Below are positions 9,123 to 17,764 of a stretch of 64,000 bases of DNA, piece after piece. The stretch's first letter is position 1, and every line of letters begins with the position of its first letter. The notes beneath the pieces were generated by a model, which was not told the DNA's origin, did not search any database, and saw nothing but the letters and a program-made list of their open reading frames with translations. The stretch spans positions 40,054-104,053 of the IMG/VR virus record IMGVR_UViG_3300042922_000906; one strand, 5' to 3'. Source of the stretch: a virus (Duplodnaviria; Heunggongvirae; Uroviricota; Caudoviricetes). The translations under genes and the position numbers were made by a program.

Positions 9123-9297
9123 AATGAGTCAAAAAAGAACCTGTGAGGGATGTAAAGCATTAGACCAAAGGCAATATATAAATGATTGTCTGCTGGGTTA
9201 TAAATTTGATGAACATTTTAAACCACTAGAAATATGTCCGAAACCAAAGACGTATGAACAATATATTGAAAGTAAACAATGGTATGATAATAGATAA
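9115..9297 (+). CDS. Cys-containing hypothetical protein
   Basis: ORF of 60 aa. Confidence 0.3.
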   Translation: MVKMSQKRTCEGCKALDQRQYINDCLLGYKFDEHFKPLEICPKPKTYEQYIESKQWYDNR

Positions 9298-9340
9298 ATA
9301 TAAGCCAATAAATGTCTGATTTTAAAGGGATGAAAGAGTT

Positions 9341-9571
9341 ATGAATTTAATTACTAGACAGCAGGTTCGCAACTATATAAAAAATAAATCAAAAGTATAT
9401 ATTTTAGAGACTGATGAACTATGGAACGCAAGAGATTTTCACTATGCTATAATAGTCATAGGTTCTAAGGGGTTTTGGTTAAATGCATTTAAGAAGTATA
9501 GTATGGCAGTTAAATATTGTACCAAATTAGGACTAAAAATTGTAAACGATGGAGAAAGTAATTCAATTTAA
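9341..9571 (+). CDS. hypothetical protein
   Basis: ORF of 76 aa. Confidence 0.3.
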   Translation: MNLITRQQVRNYIKNKSKVYILETDELWNARDFHYAIIVIGSKGFWLNAFKKYSMAVKYCTKLGLKIVNDGESNSI

Positions 9572-9727
9572 TATTTCGCAGATCAAAATGCTGTGATTTA
9601 TTAAAATTATATTACTTACATAGTTACACTAGTAATTTACTCTGTACTCTGTTATATTTATTATGTAAACTATCCGATCTATGAGGTATATAATATGAGA
9701 ACATTTTTGCTTATTTTTGCTTAAATT

Positions 9728-10102
9728 GTGGGAATTATTTATTATCATCAGATAGTAACATTTTTTTATCGGTTTGGAAAAGAGCAGATTTATTTGTCAG
9801 AGCCAGAAGTAAATTCAATTGATAAAATAGTAAAGAATGATTCGTTAGCTGATATTCTAATTATCATAATGTTTTTAACTGAAGCAGCATTTTATCTTAT
9901 ATCTATGTTTTATTTTAGATATAAAATTAACACTTACATATCTTTATTTCTACTTATAAATTCTTCAATTGGAAATACCAAGTTAATAATTAGTTTAAAA
10001 TATAAAAAATCACTTCACTATTGGTTTTCAACATGGAACAAACTTATTAAAGTTGCGGCATTGGTTTATGTGATCGGTATATGCATATATCTGTTAATTT
10101 AA
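9728..10102 (+). CDS. hypothetical membrane protein
   Basis: Three to four hydrophobic helices. No clear SD. Confidence 0.25.
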   Translation: MGIIYYHQIVTFFYRFGKEQIYLSEPEVNSIDKIVKNDSLADILIIIMFLTEAAFYLISMFYFRYKINTYISLFLLINSSIGNTKLIISLKYKKSLHYWFSTWNKLIKVAALVYVIGICIYLLI

Positions 10103-10145
10103 TAAAAACTTAACTAAAATATTATAAAATAAATTGTAAAAATCT

Positions 10146-10175
10146 ATTGACAGTAAACTGGTAAAAATATATAAT
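10146..10175 (+). promoter_or_regulatory. sigma-A-type promoter (TTGACA, 18 nt spacer, TATAAT) with an upstream TTAACTAAAATATTATAAAATAAAT element
   Basis: Consensus hexamers. The upstream AT element also recurs at 15281 and 16331. Confidence 0.5.
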
Positions 10176-10213
10176 TAATTCAAGGTTGTAGTTGCAGGAA
10201 AATAACCATTGAA

Positions 10214-10435
10214 ATGGAGGTTTTATTGGGTATGGATATCAAAGATGTTTTTATTAGTAAAGCTAGAAAATATAATAATTATCAAGAGACAGTTTGTGTT
10301 AAAGATAGAAAATGTATAAATTGTACCAGATGGAGATTAAGTTTTCCATATACCTGTAATGACTATGATATGTATACAATCAAAGCAGAAACTTGTTTGA
10401 ATTATACAACAGAATCAAGGCCTGAAGTTGATTAA
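10214..10435 (+). CDS. Cys-rich hypothetical protein
   Basis: ORF of 73 aa. An alternative start at 10236 is possible. Confidence 0.3.
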   Translation: MEVLLGMDIKDVFISKARKYNNYQETVCVKDRKCINCTRWRLSFPYTCNDYDMYTIKAETCLNYTTESRPEVD

Positions 10436-10486
10436 GGTAATTAAAATATTCATTTTAAAGGTTAAATAGAAAGGATATGATTATAG

Positions 10487-11023
10487 ATGAAAGCAACTGG
10501 AATAGTTAGACGTATAGACGATTTAGGAAGAGTTGTAATACCTAGAGAAACACGGAGAGCATTAAGAATTAAAGAAGGAGATCCTCTGGAGATTTTTATT
10601 GAAGATGGTGGAGTAATATTAAAAAAATACAGACCATTTCAAGATTTAATGGAATTTTCAGAGAAGTACGCAGAGTCTTTACATAAAACCTCTGGACATA
10701 TTTGTTTCATTACTGATAGAGATACAATAATTTCTGTAAATGGTACATCTAAAAGAGATTTTCTTGAAAAACCTATTAGTGAGAAGTTGGAAAATATTAT
10801 TGATGAAAGACATTTGTTTATCACAAATACCGAACAGATAAATATAGTTAATGGTCAGAGCTTGAATTTTCATTCTATCATAATAAAACCAATTATGTCT
10901 GAAGGTGAAACCTGTGGTTCAGTAATACTTGCAAGTACAGTTAATAATATAGTTTTTGGAGAAGTTGAAATTAAACTTGTTGAAAATGCAGCCGATTTTT
11001 TAGGTAAACAACTAGAAGATTAA
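10487..11023 (+). CDS. spoVT: SpoVT-like regulator (AbrB-type swapped-hairpin N-domain plus GAF-like C-domain)
   Basis: The N-terminus GIVRRIDDLGRVVIPRETRRALRIKEGDPLEIF is the AbrB/SpoVT DNA-binding fold. Total length 178 aa with a C-terminal sensory domain, matching SpoVT architecture. Confidence 0.75.
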   Translation: MKATGIVRRIDDLGRVVIPRETRRALRIKEGDPLEIFIEDGGVILKKYRPFQDLMEFSEKYAESLHKTSGHICFITDRDTIISVNGTSKRDFLEKPISEKLENIIDERHLFITNTEQINIVNGQSLNFHSIIIKPIMSEGETCGSVILASTVNNIVFGEVEIKLVENAADFLGKQLED

Positions 11024-11069
11024 ACACTTAAAATCTCGTTTTTAATGACTAGTAAAGGTAGGTAGCAGA

Positions 11070-11648
11070 ATGTATCAGGCAATGCATGAAATATTAAATG
11101 AAGGTAAAATAGGTAAATATGTACTTCAAAAATTTGAGATTAATGATAGTAATAGATCATTCGGAAACCCTATCCCATATGGTAAATATATTAGACTTCA
11201 TGATGGAATGGACTGTATAATGTCTAATACATATATGGAAGAGAGAACCAACAGAGAATTTGTTTTGAAGGCAAATGGAGATGTTTTTATTGCAGGGTTG
11301 GGTATAGGATTAATAGTATTGCCTGTTCAAGATAAGGTTGAAGTTAAATCTATTACTATTCTTGAAAAGAGTCCTGAAGTAATTGAATTAGTTGGAAATC
11401 AGCTACTTTTAAACAATAAAGTTAAAATTATTCAAGGTGATGTTTTTGAATATGAATTTCCAAAAGGAACAAAATTCGATACAATATATTTTGATATTTG
11501 GAATTATGTGAATTCGGATGTTTATAAAGAAATGAAAGCATTGAAAAATAAATATAGAAAATATCGACTAAGTTCTAAAGAAAATCCTGATGTTTATATG
11601 AAGTGTTGGGCTGAGTATGAAGCAAAAACTGACAGGAGATTATATTGA
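11070..11648 (+). CDS. class I SAM-dependent methyltransferase-like protein
   Basis: A Gly-rich DVFIAGLGIGL motif is followed by an acidic residue (IYFD). Confidence 0.35.
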   Translation: MYQAMHEILNEGKIGKYVLQKFEINDSNRSFGNPIPYGKYIRLHDGMDCIMSNTYMEERTNREFVLKANGDVFIAGLGIGLIVLPVQDKVEVKSITILEKSPEVIELVGNQLLLNNKVKIIQGDVFEYEFPKGTKFDTIYFDIWNYVNSDVYKEMKALKNKYRKYRLSSKENPDVYMKCWAEYEAKTDRRLY

Positions 11649-11669
11649 GAATATATAAGATAGTTTTTA

Positions 11670-11984
11670 TTGGGAGAAAATATGGATATAGGGAACAAAC
11701 TAAAATCACTTAGAGAAAAAATAAATCTGACAACATATGATGTATCAAATGTATCTGGAATTTCACAATCAGTTATAAGTAAAATTGAAAATAATAACAG
11801 AAAGTTAGAAGATATAGAAATACTTGATAAAATATGTAATGCTTTAGGAATCGGACTAATCGAATTTCTTAAAGAAGATGAAACAGACATCAATGTATTA
11901 AGAGTTAATGAAGCTATTAAAGGGTTGAAAGAAGAACATATAGATTTAATAGTTAATATGGCGAATGCATTAAAAAATAAATAA
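11670..11984 (+). CDS. XRE-family helix-turn-helix transcriptional regulator
   Basis: LKSLREKINLTTYDVSNVSGISQSVISKIEN is a classic Cro/C1-type HTH. Confidence 0.7.
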   Translation: MGENMDIGNKLKSLREKINLTTYDVSNVSGISQSVISKIENNNRKLEDIEILDKICNALGIGLIEFLKEDETDINVLRVNEAIKGLKEEHIDLIVNMANALKNK

Positions 11985-12163
11985 ACCAATGAAACAGAAT
12001 TGGGTGATATTGTTGTTAACAAAATAATTTTTAATAGCAATGATAATAAATATAGTTTTGCCTTTCTTGGTAGCGGAATGCCAAAGTTCATAGAATAAAA
12101 TTAGTTTTTGAAGATAAATTAAATTCTTAAACTAAACTAATATAATAGTAGGTGTGAATTAAT

Positions 12164-13063
12164 ATGATATTGAACCAAAATAAACCTTTACCAGAGTTTG
12201 TAATAAATTTCTTAGACTATAAAAAGAATAATGAAAAATTAAGTGACAATACAATAATTGCTTATCAATTAGATATCTATTCTTTTTTAGAGTGGTTGAA
12301 AGAGTATTTCAATACTACTGAAGTATCTTTAAACTTGTTTAACAAATTAACCATTCAAGATGTAGTGAAATGGCAGCGAACACTAAAAAATCAAGCTTCA
12401 ACAGAAGGAAGAAAAATATCTAGCATAAGATTATTGTTTGATTACCTTAATAAATTTAAATTGGTTGATAATGATGTTATGCATAATATTAAGAAGCCTA
12501 AGATACCTAAAAAGCCAAGAAAACACTTGGATTTTGAAACCTCAAAAGAATTGATTCATGTAGCCGAGGTTGAAGGTAGTTTACGAGATGTCGCTATAAT
12601 CAAATTATTTTTGTATAGCGGTATGAGAATAAGCGAAATCACAAATCTTGACTTAGGTGATATAAAAGGTAATAGGGTATATATAAGAGCTGCCAAAGGT
12701 GAAAAAGATAGAATAGTCTATATTGACGAAGATGCAGTTCAGGCAATAAATAATTGGTTGGTAATAAGACCAAAAACAACATGTGATTCAATATTTGTTT
12801 TACATTACTTTAACAAAGAACCATATCGAATTACTGATGCATCAATAAGGAAGATGATTAAGAAATTTGCAGACATAATTGAAGTTGAATTTACTCCTCA
12901 TATCTTAAGACATACTTATGCAACAGATCAATTAGATGCTGGAACACCTTTACCATCAATTCAAAAAGCTTTAGGCCATAGTGATATAAAGACAACTCAA
13001 ATATATGCTCACACAACAGAAAAACAATTAATGCAAATGGCAGGAAAGGTAAAATACAAATAG
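12164..13063 (+). CDS. tyrosine site-specific recombinase / phage integrase (XerC/D-like)
   Basis: N-terminal SAM-like core-binding region. The C-terminal catalytic motifs HILRHTYAT...LGHSDIKTTQIYAH give the R...HxxR...Y tyrosine nucleophile arrangement. Confidence 0.85.
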   Translation: MILNQNKPLPEFVINFLDYKKNNEKLSDNTIIAYQLDIYSFLEWLKEYFNTTEVSLNLFNKLTIQDVVKWQRTLKNQASTEGRKISSIRLLFDYLNKFKLVDNDVMHNIKKPKIPKKPRKHLDFETSKELIHVAEVEGSLRDVAIIKLFLYSGMRISEITNLDLGDIKGNRVYIRAAKGEKDRIVYIDEDAVQAINNWLVIRPKTTCDSIFVLHYFNKEPYRITDASIRKMIKKFADIIEVEFTPHILRHTYATDQLDAGTPLPSIQKALGHSDIKTTQIYAHTTEKQLMQMAGKVKYK

Positions 13064-13121
13064 GCAATAAAATACAAGTTTTAGTGGAATTAATTAGTTT
13101 ATTCGAAAGGATGGTATGAAA

Positions 13122-13295
13122 ATGAAAAGATATTTTCAGATAGAAGGAGAAAGACAAGTTGTAGAATTGGATATATCAGATGGAAGTTTAGCTGCTACAG
13201 CTACACCAGAACAGTTAGGTCAGGCTATGAAAGTAGAACTTAAGGAAATTACAAATAGCCAGTATAGACGTTTGAGTGTTCAATTTGCTCAGTAA
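13122..13295 (+). CDS. small hypothetical protein (57 aa; not in the track)
   Basis: AAAGGATGG SD. The open frame runs MKRYFQIEGERQVVELD... Confidence 0.3.
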   Translation: MKRYFQIEGERQVVELDISDGSLAATATPEQLGQAMKVELKEITNSQYRRLSVQFAQ

Positions 13296-13692
13296 ATATG
13301 TCTTATGCGACGGAAGGGAAGTGTTTATATGATTGAATTTGATACACACATAGAAAAGAAAGACATAATAGAATTGGTAGTTATTGATGATGAGGTTGTT
13401 TTAAGCGCAGAGACCGATGATTAATTGTGCAATTTAAGAATAAGATAAAGGAGGAACAATACAATTGAAAGATTATTTAATCGGTTTTATTTCAGGAATT
13501 TTCCTGACATTTGGAATGCTGCTTTGGCTAGCTCATATAAGAATTTTGGGTATAGTTCTAATTTTTCTAGCATGGTTTTTAAGTGTAGTAGTTTTGGGAC
13601 ATTATAAATACATAAGAAAGGAAAATTAAATGAATTTTATTGACAAATTGGCAAATAAAAGTGCAATTTTAAAGAAAAAAGAATAAAAAATG

Positions 13693-13721
13693 TTGACAAA
13701 TTTTAATTACAATAATATAAT
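13693..13721 (+). promoter_or_regulatory. sigma-A-type promoter (TTGACA, 17 nt spacer, TATAAT)
   Basis: Consensus hexamers with the conserved spacer AATTTTAATTACAATAA. Confidence 0.55.
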
Positions 13722-13744
13722 ATAAAACAGGAGATATCGATTAA

Positions 13745-14248
13745 ATGTACAAATTAATGAAAAAGTTAGCAGGTATAATTGCTGCATACAAAGTAAATCG
13801 CTTAAAGGATTTCTCAACATTAGAAAATGCTTTGTTAAAAAAGAAAAAGAAGCATGTAAAAGTAACTAGAGAAGATGCGTTGTCTGTATATAGTTATATT
13901 TATACTGGATTATTATTAGAATTATTTATTTTATTTGTAATATCTATAATTGCAATTATTCTTAATATAATTATACCAACAATTGCAATACTAATACCTT
14001 TTTTAGTATTTAGGTTTATATTTAAAGGCAATCATTTAAATGGTTATTATAGGTGTTTAATATTTACAACAAGTTATATAATTCTTGCCGCCTTTATTTC
14101 AAGTCTAATAATACCAGCAAGTTTAAATTTATTGTTAAAATTTATTTGTTATGTTAGTATAGGGCTAGGATTAGAGTTGATTTCATTGACGAGCTGGTTT
14201 AATAAAATTTTAGATCAGATAAATAGATTTAATATTAATAAGACATAG
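13745..14248 (+). CDS. AgrB-like polytopic membrane protein (tentative)
   Basis: Four hydrophobic helices. A His-x6-Cys arrangement (KGNHLNGYYRC) follows TM2, as in the AgrB catalytic H77/C84 pair. Confidence 0.3.
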   Translation: MYKLMKKLAGIIAAYKVNRLKDFSTLENALLKKKKKHVKVTREDALSVYSYIYTGLLLELFILFVISIIAIILNIIIPTIAILIPFLVFRFIFKGNHLNGYYRCLIFTTSYIILAAFISSLIIPASLNLLLKFICYVSIGLGLELISLTSWFNKILDQINRFNINKT

Positions 14249-14267
14249 TTATTTGGGGGAAGAATAA

Positions 14268-15050
14268 ATGCAAGAGATATTATTAGATTTACGAGACATG
14301 TTATGCTTTTCTATACCAGAAGCTATTTTTATCACAATTATGACATATATTCTTTTAAAAAAGTATAATATGCTAGATAAGTATAAAATAAAATCAACCT
14401 TAATAAATTTATTATTTCCTGCATTAATTTCATCAATTGTATTAACTCTATTAGGACTTTTAAATATCGGCTTAATGGCAAAGATAATTGGCTTATTGGT
14501 ATTTTATTTAATATTACTATATTTAATCAGTTCAACATCATATCAAAAAATACATTGGTTAGGTTTAAAAGTGTTAATGAGTTTTATCACATCATTTTTT
14601 ATAGCAATGATGATTGAATATCTAAGTCTGCTTTTATTAATGACTCTTATAAAGATCGACCCGACGAAACTAATGATGAATGATGAGATGTTTTATACTA
14701 AGCTAACAACATCTTTAGTTTGGATAGTTATAGAAATATGTTTAATTTTCATTCTTTATTTTAAAAAGGATAATAAAATAAGCTATTTATTAAACATTGT
14801 ATTTAAAAACAAGAAGTTATTGTATTTTGGAATAGTTTTAATAACGATTAATATTTTGTTAATTCTTGAATTTATTAAATTAACTCTATATAACAATATA
14901 TTTGTAAATACAAGTATTAATGAACAAATTTGTGTAACATTAGGTATTGTATTAGTTCTACCATTATTGACTGTGCTTTTAATGAATTTTGTAGTATCTG
15001 CTTTAATTAAGCAACAAAATTACTATGAACAGTTATATCATTTAAAATGA
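14268..15050 (+). CDS. polytopic membrane protein (6-7 TM), possibly an AgrC-type sensor module lacking a kinase domain
   Basis: 260 aa, almost entirely hydrophobic helices. No H-box or ATP-binding motifs are present. Confidence 0.35.
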   Translation: MQEILLDLRDMLCFSIPEAIFITIMTYILLKKYNMLDKYKIKSTLINLLFPALISSIVLTLLGLLNIGLMAKIIGLLVFYLILLYLISSTSYQKIHWLGLKVLMSFITSFFIAMMIEYLSLLLLMTLIKIDPTKLMMNDEMFYTKLTTSLVWIVIEICLIFILYFKKDNKISYLLNIVFKNKKLLYFGIVLITINILLILEFIKLTLYNNIFVNTSINEQICVTLGIVLVLPLLTVLLMNFVVSALIKQQNYYEQLYHLK

Positions 15051-15090
15051 TATTTATATATAGCTGTTATTAAAATTTGGAGGTGGAAAA

Positions 15091-15183
15091 ATGGACGCAC
15101 TTTTAATCGAAGCAATAGTTGCTCAACCTGCTGATTGTTGGATTCTCTGGTATAAAGAAGAAACTCCAGATTGCTTGAAATAA
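15091..15183 (+). CDS. 30-aa Cys-containing peptide (candidate AgrD-like autoinducer precursor)
   Basis: GGAGGTGG SD lies 7 nt before the ATG. The peptide MDALLIEAIVAQPADCWILWYKEETPDCLK has an amphipathic N-terminus, a Cys-Trp-rich core and a charged tail. It is not in the ORF track because it is under 60 aa. Confidence 0.4.
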   Translation: MDALLIEAIVAQPADCWILWYKEETPDCLK

Positions 15184-15230
15184 CCCGAACTAAAATATTA
15201 TAGCAAAAATACATAAGGGTTAAATAAAAA

Positions 15231-15265
15231 CTCTAGGATAATTACCTAGAGTTTTTATTTTTTTT
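15231..15265 (+). terminator. Rho-independent terminator
   Basis: Stem CTCTAGG/CCTAGAG with a 7-nt loop, followed by TTTTTATTTTTTTT. Confidence 0.8.
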
Positions 15266-15304
15266 ATGAGAATCATAATTTAACTAAAATATTATAAAAT
15301 AAAT

Positions 15305-15334
15305 ATTGACATTTTGAAATTATTATAATATAAT
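15305..15334 (+). promoter_or_regulatory. sigma-A-type promoter (TTGACA, 18 nt spacer, TATAAT) with an upstream TTAACTAAAATATTATAAAATAAAT element
   Basis: Consensus hexamers. The same upstream element occurs at 10111. Confidence 0.55.
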
Positions 15335-15397
15335 TTTATCATACAAAATTTACAAAAACAACAAGCCGTTTGCAGATAAGTAAGGGAGTGTAGGACT

Positions 15398-16300
15398 ATG
15401 AAAACTTTTTATGACAAATTTAAATCATACAATAAACCGATCTACGAAAATAAAAATTGGATTGATATGAAAGAAGTATCCAGACTAGTTAATTTAGCCA
15501 AAGGTAATCGAAATACTTCTCAATTTCTAACAGATATGAATTTGACATGTGAAACAGAACAAATTATTGATATGATAAATGGCCGGTATAATTCTTGTAT
15601 AAGACTACATCACTTGAAAAAGATTGCAAAAGCATCTGAAGGAAGAGTGGATTTTGATCAGCTAAATGCTATATTTAAATTTATGGAAAATAATTCTTTG
15701 GATGAATTAAAGAATATTAATATCGAGCGTAGTGATATTTGTCAAGTTAATCTTGGCGAAGCGCTTGACAATGAGCATGGTGGCATAAAGATGTGCGTGG
15801 TTATTTCAAATAATAAAGGAAATGGTTCAAGTGCAACTTTTCAATTAATCCCTTTGTCTTCATCTATCGGGAAAAATTACATTCCTTCACATGTGCCTGT
15901 GGGTTTGGAATCAGGAATATTAAAACCTTCTGTAGCAATGATTGAACAACTTAGAGTTAAAACAAAGGCAAGTCTTTTATTTGATGGTGAGATAATTAAA
16001 GTCGGAAAAGTATCTGAAGCAACCATGATAAAAATAGAATCAGCGATTAAAAAGCAGTTTGGTATGATTAGTCTTAATTTTAATCCAAGATTTGCGGAAG
16101 AAATGGTAAGAGCAATATTAGGAGTTATGAATGTAGTTGAAGATGATGATAATCTTGTTATAGCTAAAAACCTCTTATGGAAAGATCTTGAAGCTTATTG
16201 TGCAGATTATGATAAGGATGCCAAATCAATTTTTAATGAGTTTACAACTAAAATTGCGCGCGGTGAACCTGTTTTTAAGAGATTCTGTCTTGTCGGCTGA
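15398..16300 (+). CDS. MazF/PemK-fold endoribonuclease-domain protein with N- and C-terminal extensions
   Basis: The central region GDICQVNLGEALDNEHGGIKMCVVISNN...FQLIPLSSS...PSHVPV parallels the MazF core (GDIvlvdF.P..GsEq.g.RPavVls...vvPiTs). Confidence 0.5.
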   Translation: MKTFYDKFKSYNKPIYENKNWIDMKEVSRLVNLAKGNRNTSQFLTDMNLTCETEQIIDMINGRYNSCIRLHHLKKIAKASEGRVDFDQLNAIFKFMENNSLDELKNINIERSDICQVNLGEALDNEHGGIKMCVVISNNKGNGSSATFQLIPLSSSIGKNYIPSHVPVGLESGILKPSVAMIEQLRVKTKASLLFDGEIIKVGKVSEATMIKIESAIKKQFGMISLNFNPRFAEEMVRAILGVMNVVEDDDNLVIAKNLLWKDLEAYCADYDKDAKSIFNEFTTKIARGEPVFKRFCLVG

Positions 16301-16438
16301 GTTTCAGAGCTAAATAGAAAATAAATAGTTTAACTAAAATAAAATAAAATTGCTTGAATATGATGTTATGATATGTTAAAATATAGGATATAATATTAAT
16401 ATGATATTATTATATTATTTTAGAAAGGGAAAATCAAG

Positions 16439-17764
16439 ATGAAAGCTAACAAAGAAGAACTTATAAATGTATTATATCCTGCAATAGAACGGTCAAGAAG
16501 AAACAATGAAGTAAAAGATGTAAATTATTTAAAAGATAAATTAGCAGAACATAATATAGGAATTGGAAAGGTTCAGGGTATTTATGACACAAATATTCCT
16601 TTAGAAACATTATCTAATGCCGACTTATACTTGTTTACTAAATATTTGTTTGAAACAACTAAAAATGAAACAATTAACATTACAAATTGGTTTTATGATG
16701 AAGAAATAAAAACTCATGATCAACATACTGAAGATGTATTTTATAAAGATAACAAGATTATTTTATATGATGTAAGTCAAACTTCGGAGTATGAATATTT
16801 AGTATCGAAAATGACTTATGTTGAAATGAGTAATATTATTAATCAGAAATTATTAACATATAATTATCGTACTCAGAGAGAAGCAAGAATAGTTTATTTT
16901 GGAAATGAATTTATTAAAAGACCTGAAGTAAAGTCAAATAAGATTATGGACATGTTTGAGATGATGAAAACAGGTTTTGAAGCCAATTTGATATCTCTTA
17001 ACATTCGTAAAATTGGGACAGAAAAATTTGTATATGATGAAAAGAAGCGAATTTTGATTATCGAAGTTGATAATGATAATACTTTTTTGGACATAATTGA
17101 TGGTTTTCATAGGTGGCTTGCAGCAACAGCTTGCATAATGAACAATCCAAGTAATCAAGGATATTTTCATGCTAAAATATATAATATGACAGAAAGTAAA
17201 GCACAAAGCTATTTAGCAAGAGAAGAGAAAGCATCACCAATGAATTTATCTCATGTTGCAGGTTATGATAATAGAGATGCTTATGTAACATTTACCAAAG
17301 ATATTAATTCTTATGGTGAGAATAGAAAAAGTAATGAATTATTTGGTATGATAGCGCTTGATGATATTGAGTATTTGTCACAGAATAAATATACTACTGT
17401 TGAGGTGTTTTCAAAAGGATTGAAGCATAATTTTAAATTTAAAGATATGAATGCCAGAGAATTAGGAAAGTTACAAGATTTTTTTGTTAAATATTTTAAT
17501 GAATTATTAGGTATTTTACAGGAGAAGTATTCAGGTGAAAATAGCGTTATCTTTGAAAAGAAAATTTTTATCGGTTATATCGCTTTGGGCAGCAAATTAA
17601 TAAACAAGAATGATTGGAAATTATTATTAGAGCAGGCGCTTTCTTCGATAGATTTTTCAAGATCGAGTGATTGGGAAAATATAGGTTTATTCAAAGATGA
17701 TGTTAATAATAGTAATGTGAAACTGATAAGTAATTATTTTAAGAAAGAAGTTGGTGTGGATTAA
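16439..17764 (+). CDS. ParB/Srx-fold (DGQHR / DUF262-like) domain protein
   Basis: TQREARIV (GERRxRA-like) followed by LDIIDGFHRWLAA (a DGxHR box). Length 441 aa. Confidence 0.4.
   Translation: MKANKEELINVLYPAIERSRRNNEVKDVNYLKDKLAEHNIGIGKVQGIYDTNIPLETLSNADLYLFTKYLFETTKNETINITNWFYDEEIKTHDQHTEDVFYKDNKIILYDVSQTSEYEYLVSKMTYVEMSNIINQKLLTYNYRTQREARIVYFGNEFIKRPEVKSNKIMDMFEMMKTGFEANLISLNIRKIGTEKFVYDEKKRILIIEVDNDNTFLDIIDGFHRWLAATACIMNNPSNQGYFHAKIYNMTESKAQSYLAREEKASPMNLSHVAGYDNRDAYVTFTKDINSYGENRKSNELFGMIALDDIEYLSQNKYTTVEVFSKGLKHNFKFKDMNARELGKLQDFFVKYFNELLGILQEKYSGENSVIFEKKIFIGYIALGSKLINKNDWKLLLEQALSSIDFSRSSDWENIGLFKDDVNNSNVKLISNYFKKEVGVD

Noticed and set aside
11594-12091. 165-aa minus-strand ORF overlapping the XRE regulator and the MTase end
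   Set aside because: It lies entirely antisense to two well-supported + genes. The product is a low-complexity Leu/Ser/Ile-rich sequence with no SD. It is a typical shadow ORF of AT-rich DNA.
12000-13140. attP core adjacent to the integrase
   Set aside because: Phage attachment sites usually flank int, and the 12000-12160 and 13064-13120 gaps are AT-rich. No recognisable inverted-repeat arm structure or tRNA 3' fragment could be discerned by eye, and the host sequence is unavailable, so no call was made.
16894-17206. Two minus-strand ORFs (66 and 90 aa) inside the ParB-like gene
   Set aside because: Antisense to a long coding + frame. Low-complexity products.
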